DNA from: Chiloscyllium plagiosum
Taxonomy: Eukaryota
NCBI RefSeq assembly: GCF_004010195.1
Contig: NC_057718.1
Span: 89,341,645 to 89,405,644, forward strand
Direction of reading: 5' to 3'
DNA length: 64,000 nt
Shown: positions 50,531 through 61,525 of the stretch, piece after piece
How the letters are laid out: each line of letters starts with the position of its first letter
Position numbering within the stretch: position 1 is the stretch's first letter
Position numbers and translations under genes: made by a program
Notes under the pieces: model-generated
What the model was told of the DNA's origin: nothing
Databases searched by the model: none
Seen by the model: the letters and a program-made list of their open reading frames with translations, nothing else

Positions 50531-50658
50531 TTGCACCTATGGCAAAGCACTTTGGGATACCTTGGAGCTCAGAAAGGCATGACACAGTGTTAATGTACAT
50601 TCCCACAGGCAGAGCTCCATGTACCTGCGGGACAGGAGCTGTATGATCCAGCAGTTAC

Positions 50659-50821
50659 CTTTTGCTCCTGGTTTTGCTCCAACGCAGCTTCGAACAGCTT
50701 CTGCTTGCTGCTGATCTCCTTCAGCAGATTCCGCCACTTGGCTCCCAGTTGCTGAAGGCCGTACAGCTTCTCTCCCTCGAAGCCAAGCTCCAGGGGTAAG
50801 GTTTCAGGCTGGGCTGTCTCA
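50659..50821 (-). CDS. SYNE1: Nesprin-1 coding exon (xETAQPETLPLELGFEGEK...LEQNQEQK)
   Basis: ttgccag acceptor, gtaact donor, 163 nt, starts in phase 2. Confidence 0.88.
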
Positions 50822-51114
50822 CTGGCAAAGCCAAAAGAAAAACCAAAACCCATAAAAGTCAGTAACTCTGGCACCACAACAACTGATTGTCATCGGAGGG
50901 AGAGGGGCGGTGCAGGCAAACAGCCTGCCATTACCTTTACCTGCCCATCATCCCAAAGATGTCAAACACCTTGCCGAGCCACGTGCACCGGTTACATCCC
51001 CCAAGCAAGCTGCTGTGTGATCCTGTTCGGGTGACTGTCAGCAGATTACTCTGCCAACACACACACTGTCTTTGAGCCTGACTGTCTCAGGGACACCGTC
51101 ATTTCTTGGGATTT

Positions 51115-51610
51115 CATGGAGTCATACAGCAGAGAGACAGAGCCTCTGGCCCAACTCATCCATGCTGGCCGGTTTCTAAAACTGACCTAGTCCCATTTGC
51201 CTGCGTTTGGCCCTCTAAACCCTTCCCATTCATGTACCTGTCCAAAAGCCTTTTAGATGTTACCATTGTCCCAGCCTCCACCACGTCTACTATCATCTCA
51301 TTCCATTCACACACCACCCTCTGTGGGAAAAAGTTGCCCCGCAAATCCCTTTTAAATCTTTCCCCTCTCACCTTAAACCTATGCCCTCTCCTTTTGAATT
51401 CCCCTACCCTAGGGAAGAAAGCTCGACTGTTTGCCTCATTCATGCCCCTCATGGTTTCATAAACCTCGAGAAGGTCACTCCTCAGACTCCGACGCTCCAA
51501 GGAGATAAGTCCCAGCCTATCCAGCGCCTCGTAATAATTCAAACCCTCCAGTCTCCGTAACGTCCTCGTAAATCTTTCCTGAACCCTCTCCAGTTTAGTA
51601 ACGCCCTTCC
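51115..51610 (-). mobile_element. CR1 3' fragment
   Basis: KLERVQERFTR...RGHRFKVRGERF...FFPQRVV. Confidence 0.88.
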
Positions 51611-51769
51611 TATAGGGTTGAGTAGGTGGAGGGTGTGACAACAGTGTGGACTAAGGCTTTCATGACCCTATCAATGGGACATGGAGTCCAAATGGGAATG
51701 CTGACCTTTGGCCAGCTGAGACCACTCGGTACAAAGACAGATTCACTGCTGATGATTCCTGCTTTCTTG

Positions 51770-52072
51770 GTTAGATTACTTACAATGTGGAAACAGGCCC
51801 TTCGGCCCAACAAGTCCACACTGACCCGCCGAAGGGCAACCCACCCAGACCCATTCCCCTACATTTGCCCCTTCACCTAACACTATGGGCAATTTAACAT
51901 GGCCAATTCACTAACCTGCACATTTTTGGATTGTGGGAGGAAACTGGAGGAAATCCACGCAGATGCGGGGAGAATGTGCAAACTCCACACAGAGAGTCGC
52001 CTGAGGTGGGAATTGAACCTGGGTCTCTGGCACTGTGAGGCAGTAGTGCTAACCACTGTGCCACCGTGCCAC
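51770..52072 (-). mobile_element. HE1-like V-SINE
   Basis: Full length. Confidence 0.88.
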
Positions 52073-52077
52073 CATTT

Positions 52078-52209
52078 ATATGTTTGGGTTTTTTTGCATT
52101 GGTGATGTAACTTCCTGTTCTTTTTCCTCAGTGGATGGTAGATGGGGTCTAACTCGATATGTTTGTTGATAGAGTTCCGGTTGGAATGCCATGCTTCTAG
52201 GAATTCTCT
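52078..52209 (-). mobile_element. Penelope-like element ORF C-terminal (GIY-YIG region) fragment
   Basis: Minus frame REFLEAWHSNRNSINKHIELDPIYHPLR. Confidence 0.7.
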
Positions 52210-52440
52210 TTGAGAGCCAAGACGGAAATCTGTCCTCTACAGAAGAGTCACTGGAGTTGCCACTCAAAACTTTGTGCAGATGTAGCTGGCACACGTAATG
52301 GACACACCTTCCTCATTCTCTCTGGTGGTGAACACAGGGCAGGCTCCCACCATTTGAACCAAACTTGTGGTCAGCGCTCACACTGGGGGCTAACATGGAC
52401 CTGGACCCTACACAATGGACAACGAGAATTCACTTCAACC

Positions 52441-52940
52441 NNNNNNNNNNNNNNNNNNNNNNNNNNNNNNNNNNNNNNNNNNNNNNNNNNNNNNNNNNNN
52501 NNNNNNNNNNNNNNNNNNNNNNNNNNNNNNNNNNNNNNNNNNNNNNNNNNNNNNNNNNNNNNNNNNNNNNNNNNNNNNNNNNNNNNNNNNNNNNNNNNNN
52601 NNNNNNNNNNNNNNNNNNNNNNNNNNNNNNNNNNNNNNNNNNNNNNNNNNNNNNNNNNNNNNNNNNNNNNNNNNNNNNNNNNNNNNNNNNNNNNNNNNNN
52701 NNNNNNNNNNNNNNNNNNNNNNNNNNNNNNNNNNNNNNNNNNNNNNNNNNNNNNNNNNNNNNNNNNNNNNNNNNNNNNNNNNNNNNNNNNNNNNNNNNNN
52801 NNNNNNNNNNNNNNNNNNNNNNNNNNNNNNNNNNNNNNNNNNNNNNNNNNNNNNNNNNNNNNNNNNNNNNNNNNNNNNNNNNNNNNNNNNNNNNNNNNNN
52901 NNNNNNNNNNNNNNNNNNNNNNNNNNNNNNNNNNNNNNNN
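52441..52940. other. Assembly gap (500 N)
   Basis: Exactly 500 N, probably a placeholder size. Confidence 1.
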
Positions 52941-53332
52941 TCGTGCAAGGTCACCCTTCCTCTCGCGCTGACTCAGACTCAGCAAACTCAAGACGGACCA
53001 TCTAGTCTGCCACGAGCCTGACCAGGGAGCACCCACAAGGTAAATCAACTGTGGTGGCATCGTAATTCGAGCCGGGACCTGCCTCAGTCCCTGCCGAAAC
53101 GTCCATACTGCCAGCTGGATGGCAATCAGGTTCTAAAGCCGAACCAATCTTTACCAATCGATAACCAACCCAATAGCCTGCATCGGCAGGGGCTCATGTC
53201 AGGTCATCTTACTCTGTATATCTCAGTGCCATGTGTCACTTCCATTTACTGAAGTCGTTCACATTGTACATACTATAGGGCACCAGTAAAATGTAATAAA
53301 GCAGAGCCTGAAAAGCCCATGTGGCAAACTGT

Positions 53333-53630
53333 TTAGAATCTCTACAGTGTGGAAACAGGCCCTTCGGCCCAACAAATCCACACTGACCCTCCGAAGAGTA
53401 ACGCACCCAGACTCATTTCCCTCTGACTAATGCACCTAACACTATGCGTAATTTAGCATGGCCAATTCACCTAACCTGCACATTTTTGGACTGTGGGAGG
53501 AAACCGGAGCACCCAGAGGAAACCCACGCAGACACAGGGAGAACGTGCAAACTCCACACAGACAGTCACCAAAGGCTGGAATCGAACCTATGACCGTAGT
53601 ACTATGAGGCAGCAGTGCTAACCACTGAGT
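53333..53630 (-). mobile_element. HE1-like V-SINE
   Basis: Near full length. Confidence 0.88.
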
Positions 53631-53891
53631 GTTATTGAGCTATTGTGACTGACGATGAGAAAAATTTTTTTCCAGCATTCCCCCTCCCCCCCCATCTTCA
53701 TTTTGTTCAGTGAGAATTTATCAACAGTCACAGTATTTCACTGTCTGCCCTCAAGTGACTCTTGGAAGCCCCTACTTAACCTTTTCTGACAATCTCCATT
53801 TCAAAGTGGAGTGCTGGCCTTTATCGGAATAGGAACTCCCACCACTGGTGCCGGGCTTCCTGTGACTAATACCGGGCAATGGCTCACTTAC

Positions 53892-54026
53892 TTTCTGTCT
53901 CTGCAGGCTGTTCTGCTGGTGCTGATAGCGGCTGGCTCGAGCTTGTACCAGCCACTCCTGGACACTGGGGCTGGGGCGGAACGTGAAATCGATTTCTGTA
54001 TCCTCCTTCTCCTGCACCACACCATG
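53892..54026 (-). CDS. SYNE1: Nesprin-1 coding exon (HGVVQEKEDTE...SLQRQK)
   Basis: tttaag acceptor, gtaagt donor, 135 nt phase 0-0; SPSVQEWLVQAR motif. Confidence 0.88.
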
Positions 54027-54104
54027 CTTAAATCACACAGAAGAGAGGCACGCAGTTACTTGAAGGGACTATACTTTCAATTCTACCAAACCACACCTCA
54101 CTCT

Positions 54105-54416
54105 TTCGTTTCATTTCAACTCCCCCTCCCACTCTGCCGAGGACATGGAGGTCCTGGGCCTCCTTCACCGCCGTTCCCTCACCACCAGACGTCTGGAGGA
54201 AGAACGCCTCCTATCACCTTCATCCCCTCCCCCACTCACCTATTGTACTCTATGCCACTTTCTCCTCACCCCTACCCTCCTCTAGCTTATCTCTCCACGC
54301 TTCAGGCTCTCTGCCTTTATTCCTGATGAAGGGCTTTTGCCAGAAACGTCGATTTTGCTGCTCCTTGGATGCTGCCTGAACTGCTGTGCTCTTCCAGCAC
54401 CACTGATCCAGAATCC
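54105..54416 (+). mobile_element. Penelope-like element 3' fragment: endonuclease C-terminus, pyrimidine tract, hammerhead core and family-1 tail
   Basis: 54112-54210 encodes HFNSPSHSAEDMEVLGLLHRRSLTTRRLEEERL; ctgatgaagggcttttgccagaaacgtc starts at 54323. Confidence 0.78.
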
Positions 54417-55197
54417 GTTTTTGTAACCTATTTGTTCACAGGATGAGGGTGCCGCTGGCTAGGTTACCATTTACGGCCCATCCCGAATTACACTTGGGGA
54501 AGGTGCGAGACAGTCACCTTCCTGACTTACTGCAGTCCTTGGGAGGTAGCTCCAACCTACGTTCTGTCAGGAGGGAGCTTCAGGACATTGTCCCAGCACC
54601 AGTGAAGGGTGTTGTGCGCTTAGGAGGTGAATCTAAGCAGGTGGTCATCTGGTGCCCTTCTCCTTCCAGACGGTGGAGGTCATGGATATGGAAGGTACTG
54701 CCCAAAGGAGCCAGGTTAAGTTGCTGCTTTGCGTCCTGTTAACGGCAAATCGCTTTGGTACTAATTTTGGATGGAGTTTCCTAACAGTTTCAAGTCTTAA
54801 AAAGACCATTCCAGACCCAAGGCCCATACAAACGGAGGAGACCGGCAAATATCTTCAGTGACGTAGAGAATTCAACAGGATGCGGGGGTGTGGGAGGCAA
54901 ATTTGGCTCATGTTCGAATGTTCGCAGAATCACACAGAATGTATCAGCACGAAACAGGCTGGGACTTATGTTCTACACTAGTTACCTGCTCCCACTTTAT
55001 CAGCATGCAATCCCAACCCTTTCTCCTTCATGAGTTTATCTCGCTTTATTAAGTGCATGCATGTTAGTTGTCTCAACCTGAGGATACAAGTATTTTCTGG
55101 TAAAGATGTTTCTCCTGAATTCCTTATTGGATGTATCCGTGACCTTTTCCATTTATAGTTCCTCGTTTTGAACTCCATCAAATGTGGACACAGATGT

Positions 55198-55408
55198 GGA
55201 GAAAGTGAGGATGCTGGAGATCTGAGTCAAAAAGTGTGGTGCTGGAAAAGCACAGCCGGTCAGGCAGCAGCCAAGGAGCAGGAGAGTCGACGTTTCAAGC
55301 ATTAGCCCTACATCAGGCATGTTGTGATGGAAGAGTTTATGCTCGAAACGTTGACCCTCCTGCTGCTTGGATGCTGCCTGACCGGCTGTGCTTTTCCAGC
55401 ACCACACA
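55198..55408. mobile_element. Penelope-derived inverted-repeat insert, family 1
   Basis: Arms symmetric about ~55320; degenerate cores. Confidence 0.75.
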
Positions 55409-55904
55409 TCCCGAGATGTACCTCCTCAAACCCTTTGTCTATTTGAAATATCTCCATCCGATGGCCCTTCAACCTCCTGTTCTCGGGAAAACAGTCAAAT
55501 CTGTCGAATGGCTCTGGCTTCAGTGATGCAACTCATCAACCACGGCTCTGGAATTTGGTGGGCACACAGACCACTTCACAGGGGGCTGAGCTGATACCCC
55601 TCCCTGGCTCAGAACAAAGTCAGGAAATTCCACATCCGTGTTTCACAATATTAACATGACCGTTCTGTCCATGTGTGTTCCTGGCTCTCAATGACACAAC
55701 TGCCCCACTCCCTCATCAATGCCCCCATTATTCCACTCTGACATTGAACAGAGGCCAAAGCTTCCTGAAGATTGGATGTCGGAGGGGGTTTCTATGAGGA
55801 AGGGTAACCTGGCAACATGTATAAGAGCACCATGAAATATGGACTGGGAAAAGGTGACCTATCCACTTGCCTCATCATCTGCACAAAAAATAGAGAGAGA
55901 AGAG

Positions 55905-56325
55905 AAATTGCCACCCAGGTAAATAGTGCAGTGAAGAAGGCATATGGCGTACTGGCTTTTATTGGTAGAGGAATTGAGTTCCGGAGTCCTGAGGTCATGT
56001 TGCAGTTGTATAAGACTCTGGTGCGGCCACATCTGGAGTATTGTGTGCAGTTTTGGTCGCCATACTATAGGAAGGATGTGGAGGCACTGGAACGGGTGCA
56101 GAGGAGGTTTAAGGGGTAGGTTCTTTACTCAGCGATTCGTGAGTTCATGGAATGCCCTGTCAGTAGCAGTGGTGGACTCTCCCTCTTTATGGGCATTTAA
56201 GCGGGCATTGGATAGGCATATGGAGGATAGTGGGCTAGTGTAGGTTAGGTGGGCTTGGATCAGCGCAACATCGAGGGCCGAAGGGCCTGTACTGCGCTGT
56301 ATTCTTCTATGTTCTATGTTCTATG
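55905..56325 (+). mobile_element. CR1 3' fragment with internal deletion near 56110
   Basis: QLYKTLVRPHLEYCVQFWSP...VQRRF jumps straight to GRFFTQR. Confidence 0.9.
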
Positions 56326-56421
56326 GTTTGGATAAATTGTCTTCCTTTGTGGAATATTGCTGGGGTGAGCCCTCTGAGGGGTACAATACAGTTAGCGTGG
56401 GTACGCATGCAATGACCTTAC

Positions 56422-56613
56422 TTTGATACTGATACTTCTGTCCTGCAACATTTTCTGCAGCTCCACCAAGCTCCCCTTCAGATTCTGGAGCTTCTCGATC
56501 AGGTGCTCTGCTTGCTCCCTGGTCTGCGGCTTCCCTTCCAGGACGAGGTTCTCACTGTTCATGGAGAGCTCCGAAACGGACGCCACTTTCCGCTCGATCT
56601 CCACCAACATGTT
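56422..56613 (-). CDS. SYNE1: Nesprin-1 coding exon (NMLVEIERKV...DRSISIK)
   Basis: gacag acceptor, gtaagg donor, 192 nt phase 0-0. Confidence 0.92.
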
Positions 56614-57849
56614 CTGTCAAAGCATAAACAGCAAGATCAACTCAAATCATCTCCCAACACACACGTGTGCAAAAAAACAGATACATGTGTGTGCACGTGC
56701 ACATACGGACAGTTCTTCTGTAACATGATGGTTGGGTTCATGTGCATCCCCGCATGATAGAAACATCCCGCTTTAGAAACAGTGCTTAAAGTATTGGCGA
56801 TGTAATCACCTTACAGCCAACACAGGTTTTAAAAGTTTAGAAACTGTGTTCCCCAATTCGTCCATCACATTCAGTTAATATGTGTTAATGATGTGCATGC
56901 TATAGCAGAATGACCTGTACATACGTGTGCACACATACACAACGACACAGATCTGATTGATAACCTCCGCAAAAGCCTGTGTATTCATCCCACAAGTAGC
57001 TGCTATTTCGAACCTTCCTCCAAACACAGTTCAGTGAAACCTCTTAAAACACATTCATGCTTGCAAAGGCAGCCTGCTTCACAAAAGTTAGTTCACAGAT
57101 TACTGGCCGTGTCCTGGTCAATATTCATCCCTCAACCCAGCATGTAAAAGAGATTATCCAGAGAGCATACCTCTGGGATCCTGCGGCCCTCCAGTTGGCT
57201 GCTGTGGCTTTCTAAATCGCAAACGTGATTGCATTTCAAAAACGCCCAGAGGAAGCAATCTATCAAATCCAAGTTCATTATGAGCTGCAGCAGAATGCCC
57301 AGCTGGGAAAGGCTACAGCCAATGATAATGGTGACCTGCTCCTCAGGGCCAAATTCCAGCAAGAGAAAAGCACAACACTTCCCAACACCTCACTGACCGT
57401 TCCCCCCCTCACAGCTCACATTTGGTGACTACGCTAGAAGGCCATCAAAAATTCACAACAGCCCCAGCCTTATCTCAGTGCACTGGTAATCAGGCATTCG
57501 AGAGTGTTTCAGATGATCGGAGATTCAAGTCCCATTCCAGGCACTCAGTCACGAAATCTAGGATGATACTCTCAACAGACGGCTGCATTGCCAGAAGTAC
57601 CATTGTTTAGGCGAGCTGTTAAAACAGAGACCCACCTCCTTCCCAGGTGGGCTTCAAAGGCTCCAGGGCACCCACTAAAGAGCAGAAGACTTCTGCCAAG
57701 AGGCTCCAGGGTATCCTACATGACAAGATTGGCCACACAACTTGAAACCACTCCACTGATTGTCAAACTCTGCTGGGTGTGAACAGACATTCTGCTCGAA
57801 TCCAGTGCTGAAGAGACAGCAGCAGAACATTGAGCCAATCAGAATACGA

Positions 57850-59335
57850 TCAGGCTGAGTCAAAATGGTTTAGTGAAAGGGAAATAGTGCTTGACAAACC
57901 ATTAGGGTTCTGTGAGAATGTAACAAGCAGGGTAGATAGAAGAGAATCAGTCAGTGTTGTACCTGGATTTAGATGACCAAAAGGTATGTAATAAGGCAGG
58001 TCTAGAAAGGTTAGTACTTAAGGCAAAATCCTATAGTGTTGGGAAGATTGATCAGCATAGGGAGGGAACTGGCTGACTAATAGCAAGGTAGATAGACTGG
58101 GCAGGTAGGTTGGTTATATCGGTAGTAGATAAGTCATTTTTAGGATAGCAAGCTGTAACTTGTATCTGTTGCAGGGAACAGTGCTAGGGCCTCAACTATT
58201 TACAATTTGTATTCATGACTTGGATGAAGAGACAAACGGTACTGTAGCCAAATTTACTGATGAGACCAAAGATCAGTAAGAAAGCACAGTGAGAGGTCAC
58301 TGCACATGATCTGCAAAGGGACATAGGCAGGCTAAGTTGAGTGGATGAAAAAAGACAGCAGACGGAATTTAATGTGGGAAAGTGTGAAGTCATCCACTGT
58401 GGCAGGCCAAACTGAAAAGCAGATTATTATTTAAATAGAACAAAACCGTAGAATACCCTGGTACAAAGGGACCTGGTGTCATTCTCCATGGGTCCGATCA
58501 GGCAAGTACTGGAAGGAATTAAGAAAGCAACCTGAACGTTACCCTTTATTGCAAGCAGTTGGAGTATAAAAGTAGGGAAGTCTTGATGCAACTATACAGG
58601 GTACAATCGAGCTGAAAATGTGTTGCTGGAAAAGCGCAGCAGGTCAGGCAGCATCCAAGGAGCAGGAGAATCGATGTTTCGGGCATGAGCCCTTCTTCAA
58701 GAAACGTCGATTCTCCTGCTCCTTGGATGCTGCCTGACCTGCTGCACTTTTCCAGCAACACATTTTCAGCTCTGATCTCCAGCATCTGCAGTCCTCACTT
58801 CCTCCTCGGGTACAATCGAGACCTCACTTAGAGCAGAGTGTACAATTTTTGATCACCTTACTTAAGGAGTTAACATTCACTTGGCCAATTCATAGGGTGA
58901 GAGGTTTGTCTTATCAAAAGCAATTGAGCAGGTTGGGCCTAGGTTGGGCAATGGGCCTCATTGGAGTCTACAAGAATGAGGAGCTTCTTATTCAAATACG
59001 TAAGATCCTGAGGGAGCTTGTCAGGGAGCTGGGACAATATTTCCTCACGAGGGGAATTCTAGAATGAGGGGACACAGTTTCAAAAGAAGGGATTACCCAT
59101 TTAAGACAGAGTGAGAAGGAATTTCTTCTTTCTGAAGGTTGTTACTGTCTAGAATGTTCTGCCCAGCGAGCGGTGGAGGCCAGTGGATCATTGAAAGTAT
59201 TTAAGGTTGAAGTGGTCAGGTTTTTAATTGACAAGAAAGTGAGAAGTTAATGATGAACTTAAGAGCAGTGATGATCTCATTGACTGGTGTAGCAGGGCTG
59301 AATGACCCACTCGTGCTCCTGTTCCTTATATTCTT
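57850..59335 (+). mobile_element. Old degenerate CR1 RT region and 3' end
   Basis: Remnants of QGTVLGPQLFTI and AKFTDETK motifs with many stops. Confidence 0.75.
58612..58807. mobile_element. Penelope-derived inverted-repeat insert, family 1, 13-bp TSD, nested in CR1
   Basis: TSD gggtacaatcgag at 58599-58611 and 58808-58820. Confidence 0.82.
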
Positions 59336-59479
59336 CTGTAAGTTGTTCAGACATTATGCAAATCCAACATTTCTGTCCTAGCTCAAAAGTGATTTCATCA
59401 CACCTCAATTAAATAAAATCTAGGCATGCAAGGAAAGTGAATCTCCATTGTCTGTTCATCTTTGAGCTTGAATCAATAC

Positions 59480-59653
59480 CTGACAATCATTGAGCTGTTC
59501 ATCCATGTCCATCTGCTCCTTGGGAACCTTCAGTGTTGCATCCAGAATGGCCTTTGTAATTAGAAGCCAATTGTCCAGTTCATCAGCCTCACTGCGATAC
59601 ACTTGGAGAGCTTGCTCCTGACGCTGTTGCTCTTCCTGTTCATTCAGCCTCTC
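59480..59653 (-). CDS. SYNE1: Nesprin-1 coding exon (ERLNEQEEQQRQEQALQ...QLNDCQ)
   Basis: ttttag acceptor, gtattg donor, 174 nt phase 0-0. Confidence 0.93.
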
Positions 59654-59889
59654 CTAAAAGAAATAAAAAATCAAAACCGTGCATTTATACACAACCATGT
59701 GCTTATACACAACGGTCACTGCTCAAGATGCGGCCCACTCGATATTAAGGACCCCTTTTCTGATCACCTCTAGTCAGCTCACAATTGGGCCTACAAGTGT
59801 GTCATCTTAATTCTCCAACGTACCCTCGACGCTCCATCCTTTGTCTGCCGCATGACAACCTTCTAACCACAACACCGAGGTAAACTTTT

Positions 59890-60255
59890 GGCAAAGGCTG
59901 TGGTATAGTGGTAATGTCACCCGGTCAGTAACACAGACGTCCAGGCTAAACTTCTCAGGAGCACAGATTCACACCCTCCGCCAACACGACAGCCGGTGGA
60001 ATTTAGGTTTAACAAATAAAATCTGCAATGGATGGTGAGTCAGAGTAATGGCGACCATGAAACTGCCAACAGTTGTTGTAAAAAGCCATCTTGATTCATT
60101 AAGTATCAGCAGAAAGGAAATCTGCCATCCTTCCCTGGGCTGGCCTACGTGTGACTCCAGACCCAGACCAGTGCTCTCTGAAATGGCCAAGCAAGCCACT
60201 TAATTCCAGGACAATTTGGGATCGGCAACAAATGCTTTACATCCTGTCAAGAATA
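59890..60255 (+). mobile_element. Unclassified SINE (related pieces at ~10540, 12760, 24480, 61660 and 62190)
   Basis: tRNA-like head tggtatagtggt; core aggaaatctgcc...gtgactccagaccc; tail resembles the LINE at 35143-35610. Confidence 0.55.
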
Positions 60256-60356
60256 AATTTTTACAAAATTTTCTATTTCTAATGATGCTGACCTTTACTT
60301 CTTTAAGTCTCTGTTACCAGGAAAGCGTGTGGGGAGTGCTTTCAGGGTCTACAAAC

Positions 60357-60551
60357 CTCAAGAAGTTGCTTCTTTCCCAATGCTTTCATCTTGATGGTGG
60401 CCATGCGCTCTGCGAGCACGGTTAGCGTGGACTGCATAGCCAGCTGGTCAGACGTATCTGTGTCCATAGTGTCAGACACTAGCTCTTCGGCAAAACAGAT
60501 CTGCAGTTCGTTGATCTCATCCTGGAGTGTCACAATCTCTTCCATCAGCGC
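60357..60551 (-). CDS. SYNE1: Nesprin-1 coding exon (ALMEEIVTLQ...GKKQLLE)
   Basis: ttcccag acceptor, gtttgt donor, 195 nt phase 0-0. Confidence 0.93.
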
Positions 60552-60768
60552 CTGGGAACAGACAGAGCCACAAATATCCTTAAGCCAAATCCGACCAAGA
60601 TTCAAAGTTCAATGGACACTGATAAAAGAGTGTGCAGAGTCCGACTGGTCCCACAGGCTCCCTCTGAAAGCAGCACATGCCTGTACATCAGGGAGATAAA
60701 TGCCTGGACAGCAAAGTCCATCAATAGCAGTAATGAGTGAATCAGGCACAGCTACACACACGCCATAC

Positions 60769-60930
60769 CTGGTGAGCAGCCACCTGGACATCATGGCTCT
60801 GGCTAGCATCGAGCGCCTCCCCCAGCTTCCCTTCGATCGACTCCATCTTGGCCGAGACAGACTGCACGGAATCCTGATATTTCTGCTGTCGTTCAAGGGC
60901 CTCATAAAGAGTCCGCTGCTTTTCACTGAT
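60769..60930 (-). CDS. SYNE1: Nesprin-1 coding exon 1 of window (ISEKQRTLYE...VAAHQ, 54 codons)
   Basis: ctacag acceptor, gtatgg donor, 162 nt phase 0-0, open frame not shown in ORF track. Confidence 0.93.
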
Positions 60931-61094
60931 CTGTAGCGGGAAGGGTTAGAGGGCAAATATTTACACAGCAAATACTGGGAGATAGCAGGTTATCATGCAA
61001 CTTTGTTAATAGACCTTCCTTCAGATCCCATGTGATCAGAGCAACCTTCCCAGAAACCATGGACAGGGAGGAAAATAATATCAGTCTCTCCGAC

Positions 61095-61525
61095 ACACAG
61101 ACAAATGAAGACTCATGCACATGCAGACACTCACACATGCACACGTGCACAGACACACACGTGCAGACATGCAAAGACACGCAGGCACATGCATATATGT
61201 GAAGACACGCGTTTACATGCACAGGCACACACATGTACAGACATGCAGAACACACACATTACATGCAGACACAGACACACACATACATGTACAGATGCAC
61301 ACACGCAGACATGCACAGACACGCACAGGCAGACATGCACAGACGCAGATACACGCATTACATGCAGACACGCAAACACGCGCATACATACACACACATG
61401 TAGACATGCACAAACACACACACAGTGGTGCACAGACACACACACAGACATGCACAGACCCACACATGCAGACACACATACATGCACAGACACAGGCAGT
61501 TACACGCACACATGGGCACACACAC
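61095..61525. repeat. Degenerate CA-rich simple repeat
   Basis: Alternating purine-pyrimidine acacatgcag-type units. Confidence 0.9.

Larger units (their letters stand above)
756..60930 (-). other. SYNE1: SYNE1 (nesprin-1) partial gene body, spectrin-repeat rod region; gene extends beyond both window edges
   Basis: 25 GT-AG exons with chained phases; peptides such as ISEKQRTLYEALERQQKYQDS, LEQKLYDAVS, LQMEKLPSR and KQLTVDFVNQSVLQISSHDVESKRSDKTDFAERLG match recalled vertebrate nesprin-1 colinearly and are closer to SYNE1 than SYNE2. Confidence 0.92.

Noticed and set aside
52941..53020. Open frame SWQTRWSVLSLLSLSQRERKGDLAR beside the gap as the missing exon
   Set aside because: Wrong start phase after the candidate acceptor and no resemblance to the expected peptide
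48490..53060. ORFs spanning X runs
   Set aside because: Artefacts of translating through N gaps
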